Virus record (IMG/VR): IMGVR_UViG_2936333065_000001
Location: 2,543-66,542 of that record
From: a virus
DNA: 64,000 nt
Strand: one strand, 5' to 3'
Each line of letters starts with the position of its first letter. Within the stretch, counting starts at the first letter, position 1. A program made the translations under genes and the position numbers. This document shows, in pieces, positions 35,129 to 44,551 of this stretch. The notes beneath the pieces are model-generated. The model was not told the origin of the DNA. It saw nothing but the letters and a program-made list of their open reading frames with translations, and made no database searches.

Positions 35129-36246
35129 GCATGCATTCCTTGTTTTGCCAAATCATCAATATCTTTTTGAACCGCGGTTAATTTAGACACTTCAATTTGC
35201 ATGAGCGAGTCAATCCCCAAGTGTTCACATACAGTACGAGTATCCAGACCACGTTCAGCAATGAAATCTTGAAGCTGGTCGCGCTGTTGATCGTTGATAC
35301 CTGTGTATTCTGGTGGATTCATCCAACGATTACTTTCCATATTGAATGAGCATTTCAATTTTTCAGCCTGTGCTTTTAAAGCTTGTCGCATGCTTTGGTA
35401 GTACATATGCTCTTTATCAAGGGATTCTGTTAGCTGATTCAAATCCCCGGCATGTTCAGCTTCTACACAGCTTTGTTTCCAATTCTCTAATTCTTCCACA
35501 GCTTTTGCTGTAGCCAATTGGGCAGGGGTAAGCGTATTGATATGATTTTTTGCTTGAGCAATGAGTTCAGCTAAAAACGCAGGATTTGTTTTTAGATCTG
35601 GCACCCATACTTCACCAGTTTCACCACCCAAAGCGCCTGAGTTTTTGGCATGATGAGTAGGTGATGGCTTGAAGCTGATCACGCGAGCGTTTTTACCTTC
35701 ACCAGTTGTGACAGTAGTTAAATAACCCATGATGTCAGCAATACGATAAAGCTCATTACGATTCTTACCGCCAAGATCGGGACGATAGATAATCTGATCG
35801 CCGTTTTGATCTTCGGAAGCATGTGCAATGAATACGACGTCTTTGCCGAGGCTTGTAAGTGAATTCACATATTGCTTAAAGATCTGGTTAGCCAGCCCCT
35901 GAGCTTTGAGCTTCAACGACCCATCTTTTTGGCGGTTGTTCGCCTCATTAAGAAGATGGGTTTTAATACTTTCAAGCATTGCGCCTACTGTATCGATAAC
36001 CACGGTATTGAATGGTGCCAAATCTTGTGGGGTTAGATTTGCAACATCTTTCCACTGTTGAACTGGGACCACAGCACCGCGACGTAGCTCACCAGTACGA
36101 TGTGCACCACGGTCAAAGTCGAATGAAATTGCTTTGTCACCAGTAAAACCAATTGAAGTTTTACCCAAGCCTGGATCAGCGTATAGATAGGTGATAATCG
36201 CGCTAACTTGCAATGACTGATCAGCCGTTATAATAGGTATTGCCAT
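35125..36246 (-). CDS. AAA ATPase, probable Sak4-like recombination protein
   Basis: Walker A ADPGLGKT, DFDRG, VVIDT, VFIAH. Confidence 0.85.
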   Translation of the reverse strand: MAIPIITADQSLQVSAIITYLYADPGLGKTSIGFTGDKAISFDFDRGAHRTGELRRGAVVPVQQWKDVANLTPQDLAPFNTVVIDTVGAMLESIKTHLLNEANNRQKDGSLKLKAQGLANQIFKQYVNSLTSLGKDVVFIAHASEDQNGDQIIYRPDLGGKNRNELYRIADIMGYLTTVTTGEGKNARVISFKPSPTHHAKNSGALGGETGEVWVPDLKTNPAFLAELIAQAKNHINTLTPAQLATAKAVEELENWKQSCVEAEHAGDLNQLTESLDKEHMYYQSMRQALKAQAEKLKCSFNMESNRWMNPPEYTGINDQQRDQLQDFIAERGLDTRTVCEHLGIDSLMQIEVSKLTAVQKDIDDLAKQGMHA

Positions 36247-36257
36247 GATGAACCTCC

Positions 36258-36533
36258 TTATCTAGCACCAACAAAGCCACGTGCACGTTTGTAAGCGCGA
36301 CGATCAGGTGAAGGAATATGTGTGCGCTCTAAAATTTGAGCGAGTTCTTTACGTCTCTGAAATTTTCGTTCACGCTCTACATCAATTGCTTCGAGTTTTT
36401 TACGCAAATCAGAATCAAGATTTTTGAGTTTTAGTAGCCAGTGCACATAGCTTGGTTTCAGATCAGTAAGTGGAGTGCCCTTAAATTTGCCGAAGTTGAT
36501 TACTTCTGGTGATTGGGTAGAAGACATCTTCAC
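36258..36533 (-). CDS. Stand-alone FGKxKG domain protein (DUF3820/QSregVF_b-like)
   Basis: INFGKFKGTPLTDLKPSYVHWLL. Confidence 0.75.
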   Translation of the reverse strand: MKMSSTQSPEVINFGKFKGTPLTDLKPSYVHWLLKLKNLDSDLRKKLEAIDVERERKFQRRKELAQILERTHIPSPDRRAYKRARGFVGAR

Positions 36534-36994
36534 ACACCCCCAACTAAATGATTCTTCTCAATATATGTAGCGATGAGAGTGTTGATATTGCGATGATCAT
36601 TACGATCTGTGAAGTCACTGTATTCATGACCGCCGATGGAAGTAATGCGGTCAATTGCCAAGTTGGTGATTTCAATCACTTCATGTTCTGAGCCGATAAC
36701 GCCGTAGTTTTCTTCAAGTGTAGTGAAATCAAAGCTGGTATAAATATAGAAACCATCAAGCTTGATAACTGCTTCACCAGTATTCTTTTTGCTATCAACT
36801 TTAATTGCTGAAACACCGTATTCACTAGGCTTAGAAGCTGGATAGGTTGCAACGGGTGTAGGCTTTTCAGAAACTAGGGCATATGCGCCTGTTAGGCCGA
36901 ATAGCATTGATGCACCGATTGCTACATGCTTCATTCGAAGCTGTATGCCTGGTCTATTGTGATTCAATGTGTTTTGTTCCATAATGAACTCCAT
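36530..36994 (-). CDS. Hypothetical membrane-anchored protein, first gene of the pL operon
   Basis: Hydrophobic segment VAIGASMLFGLTGAYAL. Confidence 0.7.
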   Translation of the reverse strand: MEFIMEQNTLNHNRPGIQLRMKHVAIGASMLFGLTGAYALVSEKPTPVATYPASKPSEYGVSAIKVDSKKNTGEAVIKLDGFYIYTSFDFTTLEENYGVIGSEHEVIEITNLAIDRITSIGGHEYSDFTDRNDHRNINTLIATYIEKNHLVGGV

Positions 36995-37068
36995 AACACT
37001 TGTGTTGTAGATAAGAAGCCCTGTTTTGATGTGAGAGTCGGCAGGGCTTTTTGTTGTTGGTGAGATTG

Positions 37069-37172
37069 ATTATTCAATATTGAATTAAATTAGTCAATAA
37101 GTAATTATTCAAAAGTGAATAAATTTGTAATTATTGTTAGTCATTATTGTTTTAACTATTCAAAAGTAATAA
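37069..37172 (-). promoter_or_regulatory. pL promoter and OL operators
   Basis: Minus strand TTGACT-17-AATAAT; palindromes ATTCA-N4-TGAAT at 37071 and 37106, degenerate copy at 37157. Confidence 0.7.
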
Positions 37173-37214
37173 AAAAGCCCACAGAAGTGAGCTAAATAAT
37201 ATATTTCTTACCAA

Positions 37215-37949
37215 CTACCATTTATCTACTGACGACCACCAAAACACCCAGCCAAGAAGCCTGACTTCATTCTGCCATTGGTCTGCTGTCATCAATTCCT
37301 CTGGATACTCTGGATTATCACTAACAATCTTTACAGCCCCAAAAGGTTGTCTATAAAGGCGCTTTACTCTCAACATCCCACCATGGTCAAAGGCATAAAT
37401 TTTGCCATCTTTGATCAATTGTTTGCTCTTATCAACCCCAATTGCAGCACCATCCAGAATAGTATTTTCCATACTTTTCCCAGAGTTTGTGGCACAAGCT
37501 GCATCTCCTGGTTCAACGCCTGCATTTTTTAGCGTTCTTTTGCTAAATCTCAATTTTCTACCTTTTTCTTCAATGACTTGCGAGTGTCCACTCCCTGCTG
37601 AAAAACAAACTTCCTTGAAATATGGCAGCTCAATGTCGTCAGATTCCATCGGTGTGTCATCATCCCACACATCAAATGTCGTCAAATGAGCATCTGGAAC
37701 GATAGTGGGTTTTGATCTAGACACATCACCGTATTTTAGATCGGCTAATTCTACGCCAAAAAACTTAGCATATTTTTCTAAAGTCTTATCACGAACGTTT
37801 TCACTTTCGCCATTAATGATTCTTCTAGTCGTTGGCTGTGGTAATTCGCCATTAGTAATTTCACTCAGAGAATTGGCATTTAGATTCTTCTGAGATAACA
37901 GAAATTTTAAATTTGTTTGTACTGACATCTCACTATATCTCATGTCCAC
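37215..37949 (-). CDS. cI: CI-like repressor (HTH + S24 peptidase)
   Basis: N-terminal HTH, SAG.G cleavage site, G.SME serine, RVKRL lysine. Confidence 0.93.
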   Translation of the reverse strand: MDMRYSEMSVQTNLKFLLSQKNLNANSLSEITNGELPQPTTRRIINGESENVRDKTLEKYAKFFGVELADLKYGDVSRSKPTIVPDAHLTTFDVWDDDTPMESDDIELPYFKEVCFSAGSGHSQVIEEKGRKLRFSKRTLKNAGVEPGDAACATNSGKSMENTILDGAAIGVDKSKQLIKDGKIYAFDHGGMLRVKRLYRQPFGAVKIVSDNPEYPEELMTADQWQNEVRLLGWVFWWSSVDKW

Positions 37950-37968
37950 ATCAATACTCCCATTGTTT

Positions 37969-38042
37969 TATTCATTTAAGAATAATGCCAATTCATAAAG
38001 CATTCAATAGTGATTGACATTAATTCAATAATGAATAATTAT
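37969..38042 (+). promoter_or_regulatory. pR promoter and OR operators
   Basis: TTGACA at 38014; operator-like palindromes at 37969, 38001 and 38022. Confidence 0.7.
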
Positions 38043-38067
38043 AAGCGGAAGAAATCGGAGTTTTGAG

Positions 38068-38286
38068 ATGGGACACGACCAACAAATCCAAAAAATGTTA
38101 ACCGAACTTACCAAAGCATTTACTCAGGACGCTCTAAGCGAACTGATTAATGTGCCACAAGGCACTATCAGCAAGATCAAAAACGGAAGACTGAAAAACT
38201 TCAGCCATCAAAAAGCTGACTCTATTCGGTCTTTTTATTTGACTTGGAAAAGCACTCAACAAAAAACCCCAGCTGGTCAGAGCTGA
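38068..38286 (+). CDS. cro: Cro-like repressor
   Basis: TQDALSELINVPQGTISKIKNG HTH; divergent from cI. Confidence 0.88.
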   Translation: MGHDQQIQKMLTELTKAFTQDALSELINVPQGTISKIKNGRLKNFSHQKADSIRSFYLTWKSTQQKTPAGQS

Positions 38287-38316
38287 GGTCAATGTTCAAA
38301 AAGGAGTATAGCCAAA

Positions 38317-39027
38317 ATGAACATGCCAATTTTAGCACAGTTCGGAAATTCTGAACAAAAAATGTTGAGCAAGGACTTACTTGATTTAATTAATCAGGTT
38401 CGCGCTCAATTCGGTGAACCACAAGTTCGGTTAAATAAGTTCAATGAAAAAATTGAAGATGAGCTTGATGGAGAGAACTACACTAAAAGTGTAGTTCAAA
38501 ATTTCAACAATACTGAGTCAGTTGTTTTTGAGTTAACCATTGAACAATGCATTTTGATCGGTATGCGCGAATCGAAAGGTGTTCGCAAGAATGTATTGGT
38601 AATTTTAAAAGAAAAGCAAAAGCCTTTCGACATCACAAACCCAGCACATCTACTTCAAGCAATCGAAGTTCAAGCCAAGCTTAATATTGAGCTTACTCAA
38701 AAAGTAGCAGTACTGGAACCAAAAGCCAAAGGTTTAGACCGTATTGCAGATTGCACCAATGTATTGGGTATCCGTGAAGCTGCAAAAGTTCTCAAGATTG
38801 GTCAAAACCAACTTGCTCAATACTTGGTTGACCACAAGGTTGTTTACCGTGATCAATATTCAAAAATTCAGGCTTATCAAAAATCTATAGATCAGAAGCT
38901 TGTGCATGTTGTGACTTCTGCACCTCGATTAACTGAATCGGGTGAAAAGGTATTTACCCAAGTGAAACTTACTCAAAAATTAATTACTCGCATTGCGAAG
39001 TGGTTAGAGCAAGGAGTAGCAGCATGA
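38317..39027 (+). CDS. Antirepressor with KilAC (ANT) C-terminal domain
   Basis: LEPKA..LDRIA......GIREAAKVL...TQVKLT.K motif. Confidence 0.85.
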   Translation: MNMPILAQFGNSEQKMLSKDLLDLINQVRAQFGEPQVRLNKFNEKIEDELDGENYTKSVVQNFNNTESVVFELTIEQCILIGMRESKGVRKNVLVILKEKQKPFDITNPAHLLQAIEVQAKLNIELTQKVAVLEPKAKGLDRIADCTNVLGIREAAKVLKIGQNQLAQYLVDHKVVYRDQYSKIQAYQKSIDQKLVHVVTSAPRLTESGEKVFTQVKLTQKLITRIAKWLEQGVAA

Positions 39028-39986
39028 CAGCCCTGAAAAAACACGAGGACAATCTCCTCCATTTCAACAAAGGTAAAAAAATGGCTGACAAGTTTGAAAA
39101 AGGCTATGTCATGGTGAGTCGTCTTTACCATGATGAAGTTCGCCCATTTCTAAGTCGTGCCGCTAAAGACGTTTATGAGGAACTGAATGCTCGTATAACA
39201 GGATTCAACAAAAGTACCGATTTTGTGAGCTACTCGCAATTACAGGGTGGTAAGTTGGATGGGTCATACAAGCTAGGTCGTGCCAGCGTATCCAGTGGCC
39301 TAAAAGAGCTTATTGAGTTGGGCGTAATTTCCATTATTTCTGAAAACAAAAAGAAAGGGAATGAATATCAGATTAATGAGGTTTCACTTGTTAATCGGTT
39401 CAAAAACAAAACTAGTTCAAAACTTGAACTAGTTCAGCTAGTGAACCAAGATAGTTCAGCTAATGAACCGCTAGGTAGTTCAGCTAGTGAACACACAATA
39501 GATATTACTTATAGATATTTAAATATAGATATTTATATAAGCCCGCTTCGCTCTAAAAAGTTAATCGTTATTTTTAACAACAGCCAATTTCTTGAAAAAC
39601 AGCAAAAAGCAAAAGCCGAAGCTGAGCGCAAAGACAAGGCTCGTAAATTGTCTTATGACGAAGTAATCAAGCTCACTAAAAACACTTTTTCAAATCTTTG
39701 TGATTTGGAGCTTTGGGAGCAGTTTGTTTCTAATCGATCAACGACTTCTAAAACCAAGCTGACTAAAAACGCACTCAACACGATCTACAAAGATTTCGTG
39801 AAGTGGGGTTATGACGGCAGCAACGAGTCTTTGAAAACTTCAATCACTGGTAACTACACAGGGTTGTTCGCACCAAAACAACAAACACACGGTTTTGTTA
39901 AGCAAAGCCAAGCATCAACTCGCATGTCTGAAATACAAGCTTTAATTGCAAAAGAGGAGTCTGGTCATGAGCAGTATGGTTTCTAA
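39024..39986 (+). CDS. Phage replication initiator
   Basis: N-terminal winged-HTH-like segment, internal iterons, SI.GNY.GLF C-terminal motif. Confidence 0.85.
   Translation: MTALKKHEDNLLHFNKGKKMADKFEKGYVMVSRLYHDEVRPFLSRAAKDVYEELNARITGFNKSTDFVSYSQLQGGKLDGSYKLGRASVSSGLKELIELGVISIISENKKKGNEYQINEVSLVNRFKNKTSSKLELVQLVNQDSSANEPLGSSASEHTIDITYRYLNIDIYISPLRSKKLIVIFNNSQFLEKQQKAKAEAERKDKARKLSYDEVIKLTKNTFSNLCDLELWEQFVSNRSTTSKTKLTKNALNTIYKDFVKWGYDGSNESLKTSITGNYTGLFAPKQQTHGFVKQSQASTRMSEIQALIAKEESGHEQYGF
39413..39492. repeat. Replication origin iterons of prophage 2
   Basis: Four TAGTTCA-N5-TGAAC units at 39413, 39430, 39452 and 39476. Confidence 0.8.
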
Positions 39987-40665
39987 CACTCAACAAGCAA
40001 TTCAGCCAGTCAACTCTGCAAAAGTGGTTGGTATCTTCAAAGCGATTGCACCACGTTCTTTTGAGAAAACCTTTGAGGGCATTCCTACTGAACAAATCAA
40101 TCATGCTATGAAAATTTGCCTTGATGGACTTACTCATGACCAAGTCAATGTTGGCTTATCAATGGTGCGTGACAACGGTTTTTGCCCTGATCCAGCAATG
40201 TTCCGTAAGTGGTGCTTAGGGATTACAGGCTTTGGCACTGAGCAGCAGCGGGCAGTTGATTCATTCAAGAAAAAACATGCTGCTTTGGCAGATATCATCA
40301 AGTGGCGTGTACACAATGATTCACCTATCACCAACGCTGAAAAAGAGGCCTTTGATCGTTGCTATCAGGGATTTTTAAATCTTGATTACGCAACAAACTT
40401 TGAGCGTGCATCTCACAATGTTTATGAAGCATTTAAAGAGAATTACGTTGAAGTTGTTAATGAGTTTGTAGCAAAGGGCATATGTCAAGAAATATGGGTA
40501 AAGCCAGCAGCGATACCTGTTAAGTCTGATTGGGCTGATTTTGGCGAAGACAAGCCAGTAGTTCAAACGGAAGAAGAAAAACAAAGAGCTAAGGAATATC
40601 TCGATAAGTTAAAGGCTCTTATTAAGCGACCTTCTGGCTTAAATGAGCAAGGAGGTGCGGCATGA
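39967..40665 (+). CDS. Replication protein P-like / loader-position protein
   Basis: FCPDPAMFRKWC motif parallels 737-1339. Confidence 0.6.
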   Translation: MSSMVSNTQQAIQPVNSAKVVGIFKAIAPRSFEKTFEGIPTEQINHAMKICLDGLTHDQVNVGLSMVRDNGFCPDPAMFRKWCLGITGFGTEQQRAVDSFKKKHAALADIIKWRVHNDSPITNAEKEAFDRCYQGFLNLDYATNFERASHNVYEAFKENYVEVVNEFVAKGICQEIWVKPAAIPVKSDWADFGEDKPVVQTEEEKQRAKEYLDKLKALIKRPSGLNEQGGAA

Positions 40666-41294
40666 AAATACTCATCGCATGTGAATACTCTGGAGTTGTG
40701 AGAGAGGCATTTGCAAAGCTTGGTCATGACGCAACGTCTTGTGATTTTCTGCCGACTGAGCAACCAGGCAAGCACTATCAGGGTGATGTCCGTGATGTAC
40801 TGCATCATGACTGGGACATGATGATTGCTCATCCAGAATGCACTTATCTAACAAATGCCGGTGTTTGTCATCTGCATACAGATCCTAAGCGCTGGCCAAA
40901 ACTTTTCGATGCCGCTGCATTCTTTAAAGAATTACTCAATGCAACTCACATTCCGAAGCGTGCAATTGAAAACCCTATCATGCATGGCTACGCCAAAACA
41001 TTAATTGGTGGTGTCAAACAAACCCAGGTTATTCAACCGTGGATGTTCGGACATATGGAGCAAAAAGCTACATGTCTTTGGTTGTGTGGTTTGGACCCTT
41101 TGAAAGCAACAAATAACGTAAAAGCCGAAATGATGCTTTTACCAAAAAACCAACGTGAACGACTTCACTATTTGCCACCTAGTCCAGAGAGATGGAAGGA
41201 AAGAAGCAGAACTTATCGAGGCATTGCTGATGCAATGGCAGAGCAATGGGGTGGCATGGAAACTCAACAGGATTTGTTCGGAGGTGCAGCATGA
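40662..41294 (+). CDS. Short phage C5-cytosine methyltransferase-like protein
   Basis: LIACEYSG (motif I-like), HPEC (IV-like), IENP (VI), RSRT..GIA.AMA.QWG. Confidence 0.7.
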   Translation: MKILIACEYSGVVREAFAKLGHDATSCDFLPTEQPGKHYQGDVRDVLHHDWDMMIAHPECTYLTNAGVCHLHTDPKRWPKLFDAAAFFKELLNATHIPKRAIENPIMHGYAKTLIGGVKQTQVIQPWMFGHMEQKATCLWLCGLDPLKATNNVKAEMMLLPKNQRERLHYLPPSPERWKERSRTYRGIADAMAEQWGGMETQQDLFGGAA

Positions 41295-41560
41295 AAAACA
41301 ACAATCCAAGACCAGTTTCTCAACGATGCGAAGTATTTCAGAACGTGTTTGATATTTTGTTGTTTGCTAGTCATGCGACAAAACCATTCACAAGCCGCGA
41401 TATTCAAGAATGTGTGATGGAAGCACCAATCAACACAATTCAAAACTATTTAGCCGATTTGAAAGAGCGCGGATATATCAAGAAAGACTCTAATTGCACT
41501 TATGTTGCAACGCAGTTCACTAAAGATTTACTGAATGTTGAAGGGAAGATTAAGCCATGA
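41291..41560 (+). CDS. Winged-HTH hypothetical protein
   Basis: INTIQNYLADLKERGYI. Confidence 0.7.
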   Translation: MKNNNPRPVSQRCEVFQNVFDILLFASHATKPFTSRDIQECVMEAPINTIQNYLADLKERGYIKKDSNCTYVATQFTKDLLNVEGKIKP

Positions 41561-41970
41561 ACGCGCATAAATTTGTAGCAGAGTTTGGGATTGAGAGGGA
41601 ACAAACATCAAATCCAGTCGATGAAATTCTGTTTGTAGCAGAGTTTGGGATTGAGAGGGCTAAGGCGGTTGTCGAGGGTGCTGGCTTAAGACATAAATCT
41701 TTTACACCTCCATCAATGTATCACTTATACGAAATTACAGGAACCGTAAACCTTGAAGAACTCAAACAGGTGGTTGAGTCGGTTGAGATTGTTAAAGAAC
41801 TGGACGGCATCAAAGGAGCTAAAGCCACTTTATATAACTTGGTGCAACTTGATTGGGCTGAGTTTGAACATCGATATATTGATAACTGGACTTGTACGAA
41901 AGATCGATTGCAAAAAGCCATCGCTGACTACGAACTCATTGAGTTTTTTAAGGAGAATCAGCATGTTTAA
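41557..41970 (+). CDS. nin-region hypothetical protein with a 20-aa in-frame insertion
   Basis: Paralog of 1497-1865; FVAEFGIER duplicated. Confidence 0.8.
   Translation: MNAHKFVAEFGIEREQTSNPVDEILFVAEFGIERAKAVVEGAGLRHKSFTPPSMYHLYEITGTVNLEELKQVVESVEIVKELDGIKGAKATLYNLVQLDWAEFEHRYIDNWTCTKDRLQKAIADYELIEFFKENQHV
41572..41659. repeat. 28-bp direct repeat pair separated by a 32-bp unique spacer
   Basis: TTTGTAGCAGAGTTTGGGATTGAGAGGG at 41572-41599 and 41632-41659. Confidence 0.95.
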
Positions 41971-42178
41971 GGTGGGGGATTTGATTGTATTTCACAGTTT
42001 GCCATACCACCGCTTGTTCAGAGTTCATAAAAAAGGTGGTGACTCAATTGTCTTACATGAGTGTTGGGATGAAGCAGGGTCAAGGCATTTTACTGAAGAT
42101 TGTCCATATTCTGATATTCGTCACGCAACCCCCGAAGAAATCGCAGCAGGTCACCGCATTTATAAGGAGCTGAACTGA
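41963..42178 (+). CDS. nin-region hypothetical protein (MFKVGD type)
   Basis: Paralog of 1858-2124. Confidence 0.8.
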   Translation: MFKVGDLIVFHSLPYHRLFRVHKKGGDSIVLHECWDEAGSRHFTEDCPYSDIRHATPEEIAAGHRIYKELN

Positions 42179-42179
42179 G

Positions 42180-42347
42180 ATGAACACTATTTGGTTTGCA
42201 ATGTTTGCGGGCTTGGTCTGCTTTATCTGGGGCTTTGCATATTATCACTCAGCACTTAAGGATGATGCAGAAAGAGGCAGCCCTATCAAAATCAACGGAA
42301 AGATTTACAAGTTGGTTGAACTGAATTGTGAGGTGCGGAATGGATAA
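42180..42347 (+). CDS. Small membrane protein (55 aa)
   Basis: Own translation MNTIWFAMFAGLVCFIWGFAYYHS... Confidence 0.65.
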   Translation: MNTIWFAMFAGLVCFIWGFAYYHSALKDDAERGSPIKINGKIYKLVELNCEVRNG

Positions 42348-43095
42348 GTCACAGTTCGATTTAGAGAAATTTAGACAAGAGTTTTTGCAGTCAGACGGTT
42401 GGAAAGTTTCAGATTGCTACAAGCCGTATGAAGACAAATTTCTGCGAAAAGATGCGCAAGATGCATATGAGGGCGCTAAGTGGGCATGGCAAGAGCAGCA
42501 AAAACAGGTTGATGAACTTAAGCAAGAAAACCAAAGATTGGTACTGTCAAATACTGGCTATCACAATGCTTCCGCTTCATATCTATGCAAGTTAATGAAT
42601 GTCCAGCGCATTTTAAACCAGCATATTGATATTGCTAAAACCAAGCGCGCAGACGGAGAAGCTTTTGAAGATTCGACCGAACTCAAAATTGCAGACTATC
42701 TGGACGATTACAATATAGCCTTGGATAAAATTCTTAGTGATGAGGCAACTCAGGAACAATTCAATGCATATGCAAAAGCAAATGAGTTTCTAAAACAGAA
42801 GGCACGTGCATATAAAAATCAAAAGCGGATTGATGAGTTGGAAAAGCAACTTCAACAGGCTCACGACGATGTGGATACATTTGCAGAAGCATATGAAAGT
42901 GAATGCAAATTTAAAGCTCAGTTCGCCAGTGAAAAAGATGAATTGCAGGCGCGGGTGGATGCAGTCGAGCAACTGATTCAAGTCTACAAAGACGAAGAAA
43001 AAGAGCTTGAGCTTAAAGAGTGGGAGCAATCAACAATCTATGGACGTATTGCAATTGAGTTAGAGCAAGCACTCAAGGGTGGTTTAAATGAGTGA
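42340..43095 (+). CDS. Coiled-coil hypothetical protein
   Basis: ORF track; GAGG RBS before ATG 42340. Confidence 0.75.
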   Translation: MDKSQFDLEKFRQEFLQSDGWKVSDCYKPYEDKFLRKDAQDAYEGAKWAWQEQQKQVDELKQENQRLVLSNTGYHNASASYLCKLMNVQRILNQHIDIAKTKRADGEAFEDSTELKIADYLDDYNIALDKILSDEATQEQFNAYAKANEFLKQKARAYKNQKRIDELEKQLQQAHDDVDTFAEAYESECKFKAQFASEKDELQARVDAVEQLIQVYKDEEKELELKEWEQSTIYGRIAIELEQALKGGLNE

Positions 43096-43315
43096 CTACA
43101 TGCAAATGACTCTTGAGCAGCTTCAGCAAGAACATGCTGAGTTGCTTGAGTTTAATGAGAGTCTTGATAAGAAATACAAGCATCATGCAGCAAGAGCAGA
43201 AAAGTACAGACGCAAATGTGAATCTATAGCGAGTTTATTTGTCGTTCCAAGTGAAAACCACCAAATGACGATTAAGGCAATCCAAACTATTTTGGAAAGG
43301 GTGGGTGAGGCATGA
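43088..43315 (+). CDS. Hypothetical protein
   Basis: ORF track; coupled at both ends. Confidence 0.7.
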   Translation: MSDYMQMTLEQLQQEHAELLEFNESLDKKYKHHAARAEKYRRKCESIASLFVVPSENHQMTIKAIQTILERVGEA

Positions 43316-43713
43316 CTTCAATCAGCCTTGCCGAGTACCGCTCCAAATTCCCGATCAAAAAAGGTAAAAATCGCCGTGTCGTAAAAGGTCAAAGGGTTCA
43401 GAGCGTAGGCGAGGTAACACTGGCAACACATTTAAGAGCATGCAGGATTGGCTTTGAGCAGGAATATAAGTTTCATCCAGAGCGGAAATGGCGGGCTGAT
43501 TTTTATATTACAGGTACAAATATTTTAATTGAGGTGGAAGGCGGGATTTGGAGTGGAGGCAGACATACGAGGGGTAAGGGTTATTTGGGGGATTTAGAAA
43601 AATACAATGCGGCAGCGATTTTGGGTTTCAAGGTTTTACGGTTCAGTACAGCGCAAGTGAAAAGCGGTTTGGCGATTAAGCAGATTGAAGATTTGGTGAG
43701 AGGTGATTTGTGA
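43312..43713 (+). CDS. DUF559/Vsr-like PD-(D/E)xK endonuclease
   Basis: EYKFHPERKWRADF, IEVEGGIW..GRH.RG.GY..D.EKYN. Confidence 0.85.
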   Translation: MTSISLAEYRSKFPIKKGKNRRVVKGQRVQSVGEVTLATHLRACRIGFEQEYKFHPERKWRADFYITGTNILIEVEGGIWSGGRHTRGKGYLGDLEKYNAAAILGFKVLRFSTAQVKSGLAIKQIEDLVRGDL

Positions 43714-44150
43714 TGAATGCAGCGGTAAAAACAGAGGTTATGAATTGGTCTAAGTACACTTTAGATGAATGGCTTAGTCAGTATGGCGCATTTATATCAA
43801 TCAATCGTATGCGTGGTGGTCATGAGCCTGATGATCTGGGAATTAATCAAATTTATTGGCTTGTTCAGCAGAATTCAGCAAAGCCAGCGCGCAACAATAA
43901 AACAATAATTCTTAAGATGACTGATTTTGAGTATGAGCAAATACAGCAATTACTACGACAAATCAGGAATTCAATGCTTATTAGTTGTTCAGCCAAAGCT
44001 GCTGTTGAGCTTTATATTCAAAAACAAGTTCGAGGTTTAACACTTGATCAAATGGATGGTGAATTTAAACTAAGTCGAAGTTCAATCAATAATATGGCTT
44101 TTGCAGGGAAATGGTATTTGGCTGGGCATGACAAAAGGCTTGTTATTTAA
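43710..44150 (+). CDS. Putative late antiterminator (Q position)
   Basis: WL.QYGA motif, C-terminal HTH-like segment; precedes the late leader. Confidence 0.6.
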   Translation: MMNAAVKTEVMNWSKYTLDEWLSQYGAFISINRMRGGHEPDDLGINQIYWLVQQNSAKPARNNKTIILKMTDFEYEQIQQLLRQIRNSMLISCSAKAAVELYIQKQVRGLTLDQMDGEFKLSRSSINNMAFAGKWYLAGHDKRLVI

Positions 44151-44216
44151 ATAAGAAACACGTATATTCTGCTATAGTGGACGAAGTTATAGTAATTCAC
44201 TAGATATTTTAAATTA

Positions 44217-44240
44217 AAGCTCGCATTTGCGGGCTTTTTC
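44217..44240 (+). terminator. Rho-independent terminator (tR'-like)
   Basis: AGCTCGCA-TT-TGCGGGCT followed by T-run. Confidence 0.7.
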
Positions 44241-44371
44241 TGTTTTTTAAACCCCACTCGCAACAGCGCATTGCGAGTCAACTTGCCGAACGGATTACGG
44301 CACATAAAGGCCCCGCTAAATATCGATTATTGGCGGGGTTTTCTTTCTTTATTTTTAATGACGGGGTGCCT

Positions 44372-44551
44372 ATGGATATTCTCGAAGCGAAAAAGAATTT
44401 AAAAAAGCTGCATGAAGATAAAGAGAAAATCGAAAGCTTGAATCATTTGAATGCGCCAATCGCATTTAAATTTGAGTGCGATAAGCGCATTCGGCAGATC
44501 GATGGGAACATTGAGACAATCAAACAGAACATTAAGCGCTATGGACGTTGA
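44372..44551 (+). CDS. Small coiled-coil hypothetical protein
   Basis: MDILEAKKNL...; overlaps the next start codon. Confidence 0.65.
   Translation: MDILEAKKNLKKLHEDKEKIESLNHLNAPIAFKFECDKRIRQIDGNIETIKQNIKRYGR

Noticed and set aside
41572..41659. Functional CRISPR array
   Set aside because: Only two repeats, non-palindromic, inside a coding gene, and no cas genes in the window; kept only as a possible integration footprint
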